Below are positions 31,545 to 40,471 of a stretch of 64,000 bases of DNA, piece after piece. The translations under genes and the position numbers were made by a program. This DNA is from an uncultured Acidobacteriota bacterium. GTDB lineage: Bacteria > Acidobacteriota > Thermoanaerobaculia > Multivoradales > UBA5704. How positions within the stretch are numbered: the stretch's first letter is position 1; each line of letters begins with the position of its first letter. The stretch lies in NCBI GenBank assembly GCA_963770895.1, contig CAVYRF010000002.1, forward strand, positions 64,001 through 128,000. Reading direction: 5' to 3'. A model generated the notes under the pieces. That model ran no database searches. It was not told the origin of the DNA and was given only the letters and a program-made list of their open reading frames with translations.

Positions 31545-32335
31545 CGCCCAGGCCTCGCCGCCGCCGGCGCCGGCTGGCTGTCGCCCGCCGCTGCGGCGGG
31601 CGACGAATCATGGCCGTCCGGCGCGGCGCCGGGGGCGGCGCCGAAGTGCCGGCGGGCCAGCTCCGCCGCCAGCTGCGCCGGCTCGACGCCGCTGGCGGCC
31701 AGCAGCACCAGCAGGTGGAACAGCAGATCGCTGCCCTCGGCGACCAGCTCGCCGCGGCGTTCGGGCGCGGCGGCCGCCGCGAGCGCCGCCACCACCACCT
31801 CGACCGCCTCCTCGCCCACCTTTTGCGCCATCCTGTCGGTGCCGGCGGCGAACAGACGCGCCGTGTAGCTCTGCTCCGGATCGGCATGCCGCCGGGCGCC
31901 GATCACCTCCGCCAGCCAGCCCAGCTCCAGCGCCGCGGCGTTCGGCTCGAAGCAGCTGCGGCTGCCGCGGTGGCAGGTCGGCCCGGCGGGACGCGCGCGC
32001 ACCAGCAGGGAATCCTGATCGCAATCGGCGATCACCTCGACGACCGCCAGCGTATGTCCGGAAGTCTCCCCCTTGCGCCACAGCCGCCCGCGCGAACGGC
32101 TCCAGAAGTGCGCCTGGCCGGTCGAGATCGTCAGCTCCACCGCCTGCCGGTCGGCAAAGGCCAGCATCAACACGGCGCCCGTCGCCACGTCCTGCACCAC
32201 CACCGGAATCAACCCGCGATCGTCGTAGCGCAGCGCGGCGGCGTCCACCGCGCCCGGCACGGCGGCAGGGGTAGGGGTAGGGGTAGGCGTAGGCGTAGGG
32301 TCAGAGGCAGGGGCGGGCACGGAAGCAGGACTCAT
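31541..32335 (-). CDS. hisIE: Bifunctional PR-AMP cyclohydrolase / PR-ATP pyrophosphatase
   Basis: WSRSR..LWRKGETSG, DCDQD, CHRG..SCF, KVGEE. Confidence 0.95.
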   Translation of the reverse strand: MSPASVPAPASDPTPTPTPTPTPAAVPGAVDAAALRYDDRGLIPVVVQDVATGAVLMLAFADRQAVELTISTGQAHFWSRSRGRLWRKGETSGHTLAVVEVIADCDQDSLLVRARPAGPTCHRGSRSCFEPNAAALELGWLAEVIGARRHADPEQSYTARLFAAGTDRMAQKVGEEAVEVVVAALAAAAAPERRGELVAEGSDLLFHLLVLLAASGVEPAQLAAELARRHFGAAPGAAPDGHDSSPAAAAGDSQPAPAAARPGR

Positions 32336-33123
32336 GGCGTGGCCTCGCGGACGGGGAAGCCGGCGGCGGCCAGGGCGCGCTTCACCTCGCCGACGGTGTG
32401 GGTGCCCTGGTGAAAGATGGACGCGGCCAGCACGGCGGCCGCGCCGGCGGCAAGGGCGGCGGCCAGGTGGGCCGGCTCGCCGGCGCCGCCGGAGGCGATC
32501 AGCGGCACGGGACAGACGGCGGCGGCGGCAGCCAGCAGCTCCAGGTCGTAGCCGCCGCGCGTGCCGTCGTGGTCGATGCTGGTCAGGAGCACCTCGCCGG
32601 CGCCGGCGGCAAGGCCCGAGCGCAGCCAGTCCAGGGCCTCCAGGTCGGTCGGCGTGCGGCCGCCGGACACCACCACCTGCCAACCGCCGCCGGCCCGGCG
32701 CCGCGCGTCGATCGACAGCACCACGCACTGGCTGCCAAATCGGTGTGCCAGCTCGCCGATCAGGGCGGGCCGGCGGACCGCCGCGGTGTTGACCGCCACC
32801 TTGTCGGCGCCGGCCCCCAGCAGCCGTGCCGCATCCGCGACGGAGCGCACGCCACCGCCGACGGTGAGCGGAATGAACACCTGCTCGGCGGTGCGCTCGA
32901 CCCAGGCGATGTCGTTGTCGCGACCTTCCGGCGAGGCGCTGATATCGAGGAAGACGATCTCGTCGGCCCCCTGCGCGGCATAGCGCGCGGCGGCCTGGGC
33001 CGGGTCTCCCTGGTCCACCAGGTCGCGAAAGCGCAGCCCCTTGACCACGCGCCCGTCCGCCACGTCCAGGCAGGGGATGACGCGCCGGGTGAGCCCGGTG
33101 GGGCCGGGCGTCGCGGCCTTCAT
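32332..33123 (-). CDS. hisF: Imidazole glycerol phosphate synthase cyclase subunit
   Basis: RVIPCLDV, VVKG, LTVGGG, DGT, IASGGAG. Confidence 0.96.
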   Translation of the reverse strand: MKAATPGPTGLTRRVIPCLDVADGRVVKGLRFRDLVDQGDPAQAAARYAAQGADEIVFLDISASPEGRDNDIAWVERTAEQVFIPLTVGGGVRSVADAARLLGAGADKVAVNTAAVRRPALIGELAHRFGSQCVVLSIDARRRAGGGWQVVVSGGRTPTDLEALDWLRSGLAAGAGEVLLTSIDHDGTRGGYDLELLAAAAAVCPVPLIASGGAGEPAHLAAALAAGAAAVLAASIFHQGTHTVGEVKRALAAAGFPVREATP

Positions 33124-33926
33124 CCTGGTCCGGCCCCCGCCGGGGTGGAATTGGCGTTGGGTTTGGCGTCGGCGGTGGTGTCGGTGCCGGCGTTGCCGGC
33201 GCAGGCGGCAAGGGCCGCGGCCAGGTCGATTTCGTGCTCGTACAGGGCGCGGCCCAGGATCACGCCGGCCAGGTCGGGGCAGGCCGCCGCGGCGAGCAGG
33301 TCGGCAACGTTGCGCACGCCCCCCGACAGCAGGGCGGGCAGGCCGGTCGCCGCGGCCACATCGCGGGCCAGGGCCAGGTTGGGACCGCCCAGCATGCCGT
33401 CGCGCTCGATGTCGGTGACCAGCACCGCCGGGCAGGGCAGCCCGCGCAAGTGCCCGCAGACGTCGGCCAGCACGCGGTCGGAGGGGCGGGTCCAGCCCGC
33501 GACGCGCACCTCGCCACCAGCCGTCTCCACCGCCGGCACCAGCCGCCCGGGCAACGCCAGCGCCAGCTCGGCAAAGCGTTCCGGCTCGCGCGCCGGCATC
33601 GACCCCAACACCACCCGCTCGCATCCCGCCGCCAGCGCCCATTCGACCGCTGCACGGTCGCGCAACCCACCGCCCAGCTGCACCCCCGCGCGGCCGCCAT
33701 CGCCCTGGCCCACCGCCGCCAGGATCCGCAACAGCAGGTCGCGCTGGGGCGGCTCGCCAAACGCGGCGTCCAGGTCCACGATGTGGATGCGGCGGGCGCC
33801 GGCGCGCACAAAGCCGGCGGCGACGGCCGCCGGATCGCCGGGGTACAGCGTCGAGCGCAAGGCGTCGCCCTGCCGCAGGCGGGCGACGCGCCCCTGACGC
33901 AGATCAATCGCCGGCAGCAGGTCCAC
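33120..33926 (-). CDS. hisA: ProFAR isomerase
   Basis: LLPAIDL, HIVDLD, QLGGGLR, TDIERDG, GRALY; GTG start. Confidence 0.94.
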   Translation of the reverse strand: MDLLPAIDLRQGRVARLRQGDALRSTLYPGDPAAVAAGFVRAGARRIHIVDLDAAFGEPPQRDLLLRILAAVGQGDGGRAGVQLGGGLRDRAAVEWALAAGCERVVLGSMPAREPERFAELALALPGRLVPAVETAGGEVRVAGWTRPSDRVLADVCGHLRGLPCPAVLVTDIERDGMLGGPNLALARDVAAATGLPALLSGGVRNVADLLAAAACPDLAGVILGRALYEHEIDLAAALAACAGNAGTDTTADAKPNANSTPAGAGPG

Positions 33927-34614
33927 TCGCCATCTCCAAGTAGTTGTCCAGCAGCCGCAATCCGGCGCTGCCGCTGCGCTCGGGATGAAACTGCGTCCCC
34001 AGCACCCGCCCTCGCCCCGCCACCGCCACAAACGTCCGCCCATGCGTCGCGCGCGCCAGGCACGTTTCGTCGGCCGCCTCGTCAGGGGCATAGCTGTGCA
34101 CAAAGTAGACGTAGCACCCCTGGCCCGGCCCCCCGGCTGCCCCGCCGTGCGAGCCGAGGCCGGCGAGCAGGGGGTGGTCCGCCAAGTCGTGCAGCCGGTT
34201 CCAGCCGATGTGCGGCACCGGCACGCAGCCGGGCAGGCGGGTGACACGCCCCGGCAGCAGGGCCAGGCCGTCGGTGATCCCGAACTCCTCGCCGGCCTCG
34301 AACAGCAGCTGAAAGCCGACGCAGATCCCCAGCAGCCAGGCGCCTTCCGCCAGCGCCGCGCGCAGCGCCGCCTCCAGCCCCCCACGCAGGGCGTCCCGCG
34401 GCGGCGCGAACGCCCCCACTCCCGGCAGCACCAAACAGCGCGCCGCGGCCACCCGCGCCGGATCGCGCGTCACCGTCACACCGGCGCCCAGGTGGGCCAG
34501 AGCCCGCGCCAGGTTGCCCAGATTGCCGACGCCGGCATCGATCACCGTCACCCGCCGCGCCGCAGCCGCGGCGGCGGCGGCGCCCGGCGAGTCACTCTGG
34601 CCGGCCGCGCTCAT
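33904..34614 (-). CDS. hisH: IGP synthase glutaminase subunit
   Basis: LPGVG, GICVG, PHIGWN, YFVHSY, QFHPE. Confidence 0.95.
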   Translation of the reverse strand: MSAAGQSDSPGAAAAAAAARRVTVIDAGVGNLGNLARALAHLGAGVTVTRDPARVAAARCLVLPGVGAFAPPRDALRGGLEAALRAALAEGAWLLGICVGFQLLFEAGEEFGITDGLALLPGRVTRLPGCVPVPHIGWNRLHDLADHPLLAGLGSHGGAAGGPGQGCYVYFVHSYAPDEAADETCLARATHGRTFVAVAGRGRVLGTQFHPERSGSAGLRLLDNYLEMASGPAAGD

Positions 34615-36554
34615 GCGGTCAGCGTCCCCTTCGTGCTCGGCACGTCGGCGCCTGGCGTGGCACCCGCCGCCGCCGGCCGCAGCGCCACGGCCTGGCGCAG
34701 GGCCAGCGCGACGGCCTTGAAGGCGGCTTCCGCCGCGTGATGGCCGTTGCGCGCGGCCAGGATCTCCAGGTGCAACGTGAGGCGGCCACGGTCGGCGAAC
34801 GCCTGAAAGAAATCCGCTACCAATGTCAGCGGAAACTCCGCCGTCACCCACGCCGCGGCCATGTCGCGCGGCGCGCTGTAGTGGAAAAAACCTCGCCCCG
34901 AAAGGTCCACCACCGCGCGCGCCAACGCTTCGTCCAGCGGCGCATAGGCGGTGCCGAAACGCACCAGCCCGCGGCGGCCGCCCAGCGCACCGTCCAACGC
35001 CTGCCCCAACGCGATGCCGACGTCTTCGACCGTGTGATGCAGATCGACGTGCAGGTCGCCCTGGGCCTCCACCTCCAGCCCCAGGCCGCCATGCGTCGCC
35101 AGCGCCTGCAACATGTGACCGAAGAACCCGTTCGCCGCCGCGATCCGGCGCGGCCCCCCGTCCAACTTCAACACCAGCCGCACCCGCGTTTCACCCGTAG
35201 CGCGCTCCACCGTCCCCTGTCGCGCCGCCGGCGCTCCCGCCGTCGCAGCGGCGGCTTCCGCCGGCGCGGGATGAACGGGGCCAGCACTCTGGCCTACTCC
35301 CATTTGCCCGCCGATCGGGCTCTCCACCGTTCCGGGCAGCGCCGCCGCCCCCCCGCCACCGCCGACCATCCCTACACTTTTGCCGGCAGCCTCGCGGCCA
35401 GCTCCGTAGGCGACCACGGCCTGCCCTTCACCACCTTGGCCAGATACCGCGACCGGTTCGGCGCCCGCGCCCCCCGCCGGCAGCAGCTCGGCGAGGGCTT
35501 GGCGGGTGGCGCGCAGGGCGGCGCCGCTGCCGATCGAGATGCGCAGGGCGCCGTCCAGGCCGGGATTGGCACCCACGTCGCGCACGCGGATGCCGCGCGC
35601 CGCCAGGCCGTCGCGCAGGGCTGCCGCGGCGGCGGCGCTGCCGCACCGCACCAGCAGGAAGTTGGCTTCGGATGGCAGCACCTGCAAGCCGGCGGCTTGC
35701 AGCATGAACTGCCATTGGGCGCGGCGGGCGACCACCAGGGAGATGCGCCGCCGGGCGGCTGGCGCCGCGGCCAGCACGGCTCTGCCGGCGAGCACCGCCG
35801 GGACGCCCACGTTGTAGGGCAGCTTGACCTTCAGCAGCTCGGCCACCAGCCGCGGATCGGCCAGCAGGTAGCCCAGCCGCAGGCCGGCCAGCGCCCACGC
35901 CTTCGAGAAGGTGCGCAGCAGGATCAGGTGCGGATGGCGCGCCAGCAGCGGCCGGTAGTCGAAGCGGCAGAACTCGCCGTAGGCGTTGTCGAGCAGGAAC
36001 GGCCCCTCCTGCCGCGCCGCCAGCGCGTCGATCGCTTCCGGCGGCGGCGCGTCGCCGGTCGGATTGTTGGGCGCGCACAGCAGGAGCGGCCGGCGCGGGT
36101 CGCGCGCCACCTCGGCCTCCAGCTCCGCCAGCGGCAGGCGCAGCCCCGCCGCCGGCGGCAGGAAGCGCGGCACGCCGCCCGCCTTCAGCACCAGCATGCG
36201 GTACAGGGCGAAGCTCGGCTCGTAGCCCACCACCTCGCTGCCGGGCGCCACCAGCGCCGACAGGCAGACGTCCAGCAGCTCGTTGGAGCCGTTCCCCACC
36301 AGCACTCCCGCCGCCGGCCAGCCGTGCAGCTCCCCCAGGTCGCGGCGCAGCGCCTCGGCGTGAAAATCGGGATACCGCGCCCAGGCAGCGGCGCGCAGCG
36401 CGTCCGCCACCCGCCGCTTGAGGCCCGGCGGCGGCTCGAACGGCGCTTCGTTCTGGTCGAGCTTGTGGCGGCACGGGGACAGGTCCAGCGAGTAGGCGCG
36501 CAGCTGGCGCAGCTCGCCGCGCACCAGGCTTGCGGGATCGGCGCCCGCCTTCAT
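34611..36554 (-). CDS. hisC: Fused histidinol-phosphate aminotransferase (HisC) and imidazoleglycerol-phosphate dehydratase (HisB)
   Basis: GNGSNE, PNNPTG, RTFSKA..AGLRLG, then a Gly/Ala linker, then GFFGHML, DLHHTVED, NGHHAAEAAFKA, PSTKG; no stop between domains. Confidence 0.9.
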   Translation of the reverse strand: MKAGADPASLVRGELRQLRAYSLDLSPCRHKLDQNEAPFEPPPGLKRRVADALRAAAWARYPDFHAEALRRDLGELHGWPAAGVLVGNGSNELLDVCLSALVAPGSEVVGYEPSFALYRMLVLKAGGVPRFLPPAAGLRLPLAELEAEVARDPRRPLLLCAPNNPTGDAPPPEAIDALAARQEGPFLLDNAYGEFCRFDYRPLLARHPHLILLRTFSKAWALAGLRLGYLLADPRLVAELLKVKLPYNVGVPAVLAGRAVLAAAPAARRRISLVVARRAQWQFMLQAAGLQVLPSEANFLLVRCGSAAAAAALRDGLAARGIRVRDVGANPGLDGALRISIGSGAALRATRQALAELLPAGGAGAEPVAVSGQGGEGQAVVAYGAGREAAGKSVGMVGGGGGAAALPGTVESPIGGQMGVGQSAGPVHPAPAEAAAATAGAPAARQGTVERATGETRVRLVLKLDGGPRRIAAANGFFGHMLQALATHGGLGLEVEAQGDLHVDLHHTVEDVGIALGQALDGALGGRRGLVRFGTAYAPLDEALARAVVDLSGRGFFHYSAPRDMAAAWVTAEFPLTLVADFFQAFADRGRLTLHLEILAARNGHHAAEAAFKAVALALRQAVALRPAAAGATPGADVPSTKGTLTA

Positions 36555-37873
36555 CCGAGCCTCCGGCGGGCCGCCGCGGCATGCGCCGGCAGCCCCTCCG
36601 CGTCGGCAAGGCAGGCCGCCGCCTCGGCCCAGCGCGCCGCGGCCGCCGGCGAGAAACGCACGGCATGGCTGCGGCGCAGAAAATCCTCCACGCCCAGCGC
36701 CGACGCGAACCGGGCGCTGCCGCCGGTGGGCAGCACGTGGCTGGGTCCCGCCACGTAGTCGCCGAACACCTCGGACGTGGCCGCCCCCAGGAAGATCGCG
36801 CCGGCCGACCGCACCCGCCCGGCCAGCGCCTCGGCGCCGGCACCCACCAGCTGCAGATGCTCGGGCGCGATCTGCTCGACCAGCGCCAGCGCCTCGTCCC
36901 AGCCGGCGACCACCAGGGCGCAGCCCATGCCGGCCAGCGCCGCCCGCGCCGTGGCGGCGGTCGGCAGCGCCGCCAGCTGCGTCGCGACCGCGGCGGCGAC
37001 AAGCCGCGCCAGCTCGCGCTCCGGGGTGATCAGCACCGCCGCGGCCAGCGGATCGTGCTCCGCCTGCGCCAGCAGGTCGGCGGCGATCAGCGCCGGATCG
37101 GCGCCGGCGTCGGCCACAACCACCACCTCGCTGGGGCCGGCCAGGCCGTCGATCGCGACGTCGCCGGCCACCAGCCGCTTGGCGGCGGTCACCCAGGCGT
37201 TGCCCGGACCGACGATCTTGTCCACCCGCGGCAGCGACGCCGTGCCGTAGGCCAGCGCCGCCACCGCGTGGGCGCCGCCGATCCCCCACACCTCCTCGAC
37301 CTCCAGACGCGCCAAGGTGTACCGCAGCGCCGGGCTCGCCGCAAAACCCGCCGGCGGCGTCGCCACCACAATCTGAGCGACGCCTGCCAATCGCGCCGGC
37401 ACCACGGTCATCACCACCGTCGACGGATAGTTCGCCCGGCCGCCGGGGACGTAGATGCCGACCCGCCCGAGCGGCGTCACGCGCTCCTCCAGCTCCACGC
37501 CGTCGTCGCCGCCCGCCGGGCCCCCCGCCAGCCGGTAGCCCTGCCGCACCTGCGGCGCATGAAAGCGCTCGACCGCCGCGATCGCCCGCTCCAGCGCCTC
37601 GGCAAAGCCGGGCGGCAGCTGCCCGCGCACCGTTGCCGCCGCCGGTACGCTCAGCCGCAGCTCCGCTGCCCCCACCGCCGTCGCGCCGTCGAGCCGCCGC
37701 GCCAGGGCGAGCAGCGCCCGGTCGCCGCCGCCGCGCACCTTGTCGACGATCAGCGCCGCCTGGCGCAGCGTGCGCGCGTCGAGCACGCTGGCGCCGCGGC
37801 CGGCGATGGCCGCGATGCGCCGCCGGCCCGCCCGCGAGCCGGCCGCCACCACCTGTAGAGGTCCACGGCTCAT
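36551..37873 (-). CDS. hisD: Histidinol dehydrogenase
   Basis: YVPGG, KIVGPGN, AGPSE, QAEH, APEHL, GDYVAGPSHVLPT. Confidence 0.96.
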   Translation of the reverse strand: MSRGPLQVVAAGSRAGRRRIAAIAGRGASVLDARTLRQAALIVDKVRGGGDRALLALARRLDGATAVGAAELRLSVPAAATVRGQLPPGFAEALERAIAAVERFHAPQVRQGYRLAGGPAGGDDGVELEERVTPLGRVGIYVPGGRANYPSTVVMTVVPARLAGVAQIVVATPPAGFAASPALRYTLARLEVEEVWGIGGAHAVAALAYGTASLPRVDKIVGPGNAWVTAAKRLVAGDVAIDGLAGPSEVVVVADAGADPALIAADLLAQAEHDPLAAAVLITPERELARLVAAAVATQLAALPTAATARAALAGMGCALVVAGWDEALALVEQIAPEHLQLVGAGAEALAGRVRSAGAIFLGAATSEVFGDYVAGPSHVLPTGGSARFASALGVEDFLRRSHAVRFSPAAAARWAEAAACLADAEGLPAHAAAARRRLG

Positions 37874-38496
37874 GCCACCGCTCCCGCCGCCTCCAGGCGG
37901 TCCAACCAACCGTTGAGGCGCGCCCGGTGGCGCTGGAACGCCGCCCGGTTCACCACCAGGCAGGGCGTCACCGGCGCCACCGCCTCGATCTCCACCAGAC
38001 CATTGGCCGCCAGCGTGCCGCCGGTCTGCACGATGTCCAGCGCCAGGTCCGCCAGCTGCAGCACCGGCGCCAGCTCCACCGCGCCGGACAGGCGCACGAT
38101 CTCCGCCCCCCAGGCCCGCTCCGCCACCAGCCGCCGCGCCGTCAGCGGATACTTGGTGGCCAGCCGCACCTGCTCGCCGGCGCCCGGCAACGCCCTGGCG
38201 CGCCCGATCAAGGCAAAGCGGCTGCCACCGGCCGCCAACCGCGCCGGCACCAGCAGGTCGCGCCCCAGCTCGTCCAGTACGTCGCTGCCCACGATGCCGC
38301 AGTCGGCAATCCCATGCTCGACGTACAGCGGCAGGTCCCAATCCTTGAGCGCCAGCACCTCGACCTCGTCGTCTGGCAGCATCGTGCGCAGGCTGCGGCC
38401 GCTTTCCTCCAGACCGACCAGGCCCAGTCCCGCGGCGCGCAACGCCGCCACCGCCGTGTCCAGGTTGCGCCCCTTGGGCAGCGCCAGCCGAATCAT
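37870..38496 (-). CDS. hisG: ATP phosphoribosyltransferase, short form
   Basis: LALPKGR, ATKYP, GAVELAP, DIVQTGGTL; 208 aa. Confidence 0.95.
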   Translation of the reverse strand: MIRLALPKGRNLDTAVAALRAAGLGLVGLEESGRSLRTMLPDDEVEVLALKDWDLPLYVEHGIADCGIVGSDVLDELGRDLLVPARLAAGGSRFALIGRARALPGAGEQVRLATKYPLTARRLVAERAWGAEIVRLSGAVELAPVLQLADLALDIVQTGGTLAANGLVEIEAVAPVTPCLVVNRAAFQRHRARLNGWLDRLEAAGAVA

Positions 38497-38606
38497 CGGC
38501 CCACCTCCCCGCCGCCGCCGGCAACGGCGCCCACCGCGGCAGAAACGGCTGTTGCCACAGAGGCGGGAGCCGGCTTACGCCCCTTGGGCAATGCCGGCTG
38601 GATCAT
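38493..38606 (-). CDS. 37-aa chimeric HisG-N/HisZ-C bridge ORF created by a 110-bp duplication
   Basis: Manual translation MIQPALPKGRKPAPASVATAVSAAVGAVAGGGGEVGR; ATGA overlaps with the hisZ stop and the hisG start. Confidence 0.7.
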   Translation of the reverse strand: MIQPALPKGRKPAPASVATAVSAAVGAVAGGGGEVGR

Positions 38607-40144
38607 CGGCCCACCTCCTCGCCGCCGGCGGCAACGGCGCCCGCGGCGGTAGCGACGGTGGTGGCTGAGGTAGGAGGTGAAGGGCTGGCGGCGGAGGCTT
38701 CGGCAACCAGGACGCCGCAGCCGGCCTCCAGCAGCCCGTCCAGGTTGAGCGAAAATCCCACCGCGTCGATGTCGGCGCCCAGCGCCCGGAACAACCCGCC
38801 ATAACGGCCGCCGCCGCCCACCGGCACCGCCGCGGCGCCGGCGTAGGCATGAAACACCAGGCCGTCGTAATACGCCCGCGCGCCTGCTTCGCCAACCTCC
38901 CAGCTCACGCCGGCAAACTCCGCCAGGTCGACCCGCAGCGCCACCCGCGGAGCCAGCGCCGCCATTTCGTCCCGCAGCGCCAGCAGCCCCCGCAGCCGCG
39001 CCGCCGCCTCGGCTCCCAGGTCCTCCGGCCGCGCCGGCAGTCCGGTCTCCACCACCGGCAGCAGCACCGGGCAGGCCCGCCGCACGACGCTGCGCTCCCG
39101 CCGCGCCACCGCCGCGGCCACCGTCGCCGGCGACTCGCCCACCGCCGCCAGCAGCGCCGCATCCAGACAGCCCGCGAGTCCCATCACCACCTCCTTGGGC
39201 CCCGACGTGGCTTCCAGCGCGGCCAAAAACAGCGCCAGCACCTCGCGCTCGGCCTCGGCAACCGCCTGCCGGCCAGCGTCTCCCGGCACGCCACCGCCGG
39301 TGTCCGCATTGCTGGCCGCTCCCGCATCACCGCCAGCCCCCGCACCGCTTCCGGCGCTCACATCCCCAGCAGCCCTTGCAGCGCCAGCAGCACTTGGAGC
39401 GCCAGCGGCCCTTGCATCGCCAGCAGCCCTTGCATCGCCAGCAGCCCTTGCATCGCCAGCAGCACTTGCATCGCCAGCAGTCCTTGCATCGCCAGCAGCC
39501 CTTGCATCGCCAGCAGCCCTTGCATCGCCAGCAGCACTTGCATCGCCAGCAGCACTTGGAGCGCCAGCAGCACTTGGAGCGCCAGCAGCCCTTGCAGCGC
39601 CAATACGACCTGCATCGCTCGCAGACCTTGCGTCATGCGCAGCTATCACATCGCGTGCGGCACTCGCATCGCTGCCAGCCCTTGCATCACCCGCGCCGCC
39701 CGCTGGATCGCCCGCGCCCGCGGGGGTCGCCGCTGACAGGCGCTCGACGCCCAGCTGGTAGAGCTCCCGCCGCCAGCCGTTCGCCTCGCCGCGGCGCTCG
39801 CGATAGCGCACCACGTCGCCGCGGTACGACAACCGCAACGGCAGCGGCGGCCCCCCCGGCCCCCCCAGGCGCGGCGCGAGCAGGCGCGCCAGCATCGGCG
39901 TGAAGTCCGCGCGCAGCGCCAGCTGCTCACCGTCGCGGTCGATGAAGCGATACAACTCGTCGCGGCTCGCCGGCGTCAGCAACGCCTCGTAGGGCTCCAG
40001 GTAGTCCAGGATGGGCAGGATCGCCTCGGCGTAGCCGTGGCGTTCAACCAGCTCTGCCAGGTGCTGCTCCAAAGCGCGCCGCGCCCGCGCGCTCTCGAAA
40101 AGCAGCGCCACCACCCCGGTCGGCAGGGCAGCCGAAACCCTCAT
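38603..40144 (-). CDS. hisZ: ATP phosphoribosyltransferase regulatory subunit with internal repeat insertion
   Basis: LPTGV, LALRADFT, RELYQLGVE, YYDGLVF, GGGRY, AVGFS; precedes short hisG. Confidence 0.9.
   Translation of the reverse strand: MRVSAALPTGVVALLFESARARRALEQHLAELVERHGYAEAILPILDYLEPYEALLTPASRDELYRFIDRDGEQLALRADFTPMLARLLAPRLGGPGGPPLPLRLSYRGDVVRYRERRGEANGWRRELYQLGVERLSAATPAGAGDPAGGAGDARAGSDASAARDVIAAHDARSASDAGRIGAARAAGAPSAAGAPSAAGDASAAGDARAAGDARAAGDARTAGDASAAGDARAAGDARAAGDARAAGAPSAAGAARAAGDVSAGSGAGAGGDAGAASNADTGGGVPGDAGRQAVAEAEREVLALFLAALEATSGPKEVVMGLAGCLDAALLAAVGESPATVAAAVARRERSVVRRACPVLLPVVETGLPARPEDLGAEAAARLRGLLALRDEMAALAPRVALRVDLAEFAGVSWEVGEAGARAYYDGLVFHAYAGAAAVPVGGGGRYGGLFRALGADIDAVGFSLNLDGLLEAGCGVLVAEASAASPSPPTSATTVATAAGAVAAGGEEVGR
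39366..39599 (-). repeat. 13 x 18-bp in-frame tandem repeat encoding (AAGDAR/AAGAPS)n in hisZ
   Basis: Plus-strand unit CCAGCAGC(C/A)CTTG(C/G)A(T/G)CG. Confidence 0.95.
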
Positions 40145-40216
40145 GCCAACCCCATATCCAAGGGCCGCAACGATGGCTGTATCACCACCTGCAATATTGG
40201 ACGCAGAACAGGCTGC

Positions 40217-40253
40217 AAAAAGCAAAACCTCCTTCCGGGTCCCGGAAAGAGGT
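40217..40253 (-). terminator. Attenuator terminator hairpin upstream of hisZ
   Basis: RNA ACCUCUUUCCGG-GAC-CCGGAAGGAGGU followed by UUUGCUUUUU. Confidence 0.85.
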
Positions 40254-40309
40254 GGCGATGGGCTGCGGCGATCCTCGTCCCGGGGCGATTGCCGGGGCGA
40301 GAGCCCCGA

Positions 40310-40426
40310 TCAGCCGTGCGGCGGATGGACGTCGTGACGCCAAGTGCCAGCTTCCGCGGCGACCACGGACAGCGACAGCGAACCGCAAGCGGCCGCTGGG
40401 CACATGGACTTCACGGTCAGGCTCAT
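40310..40426 (-). CDS. Putative his-trp operon leader peptide
   Basis: MSLTVKSMCPAAACGSLSLSVVAAEAGTWRHDVHPPHG; one Trp and three His codons just before the stop. Alternative starts GTG 40435 and ATG 40405. Confidence 0.7.
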   Translation of the reverse strand: MSLTVKSMCPAAACGSLSLSVVAAEAGTWRHDVHPPHG

Positions 40427-40442
40427 CGTCGTCACGTTATCG

Positions 40443-40471
40443 ATCATAGCGACCCCAACGCAACGCGTCAA
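40443..40471 (-). promoter_or_regulatory. Sigma70 promoter of the his-trp operon
   Basis: TTGACG-17 nt-TATGAT. Confidence 0.82.

Noticed and set aside
33120-33926. HisA as bifunctional PriA
   Set aside because: A dedicated trpF is present in the same operon.
29333-39599. Tandem repeats as CRISPR arrays
   Set aside because: Units of 8 and 18 bp with no unique spacers, and no cas genes.
39376-39903. Plus-strand (QQPLHR)n His-rich ORF as a possible His sensor
   Set aside because: Antisense reading of the hisZ 18-bp repeat, with no RBS or promoter evidence.
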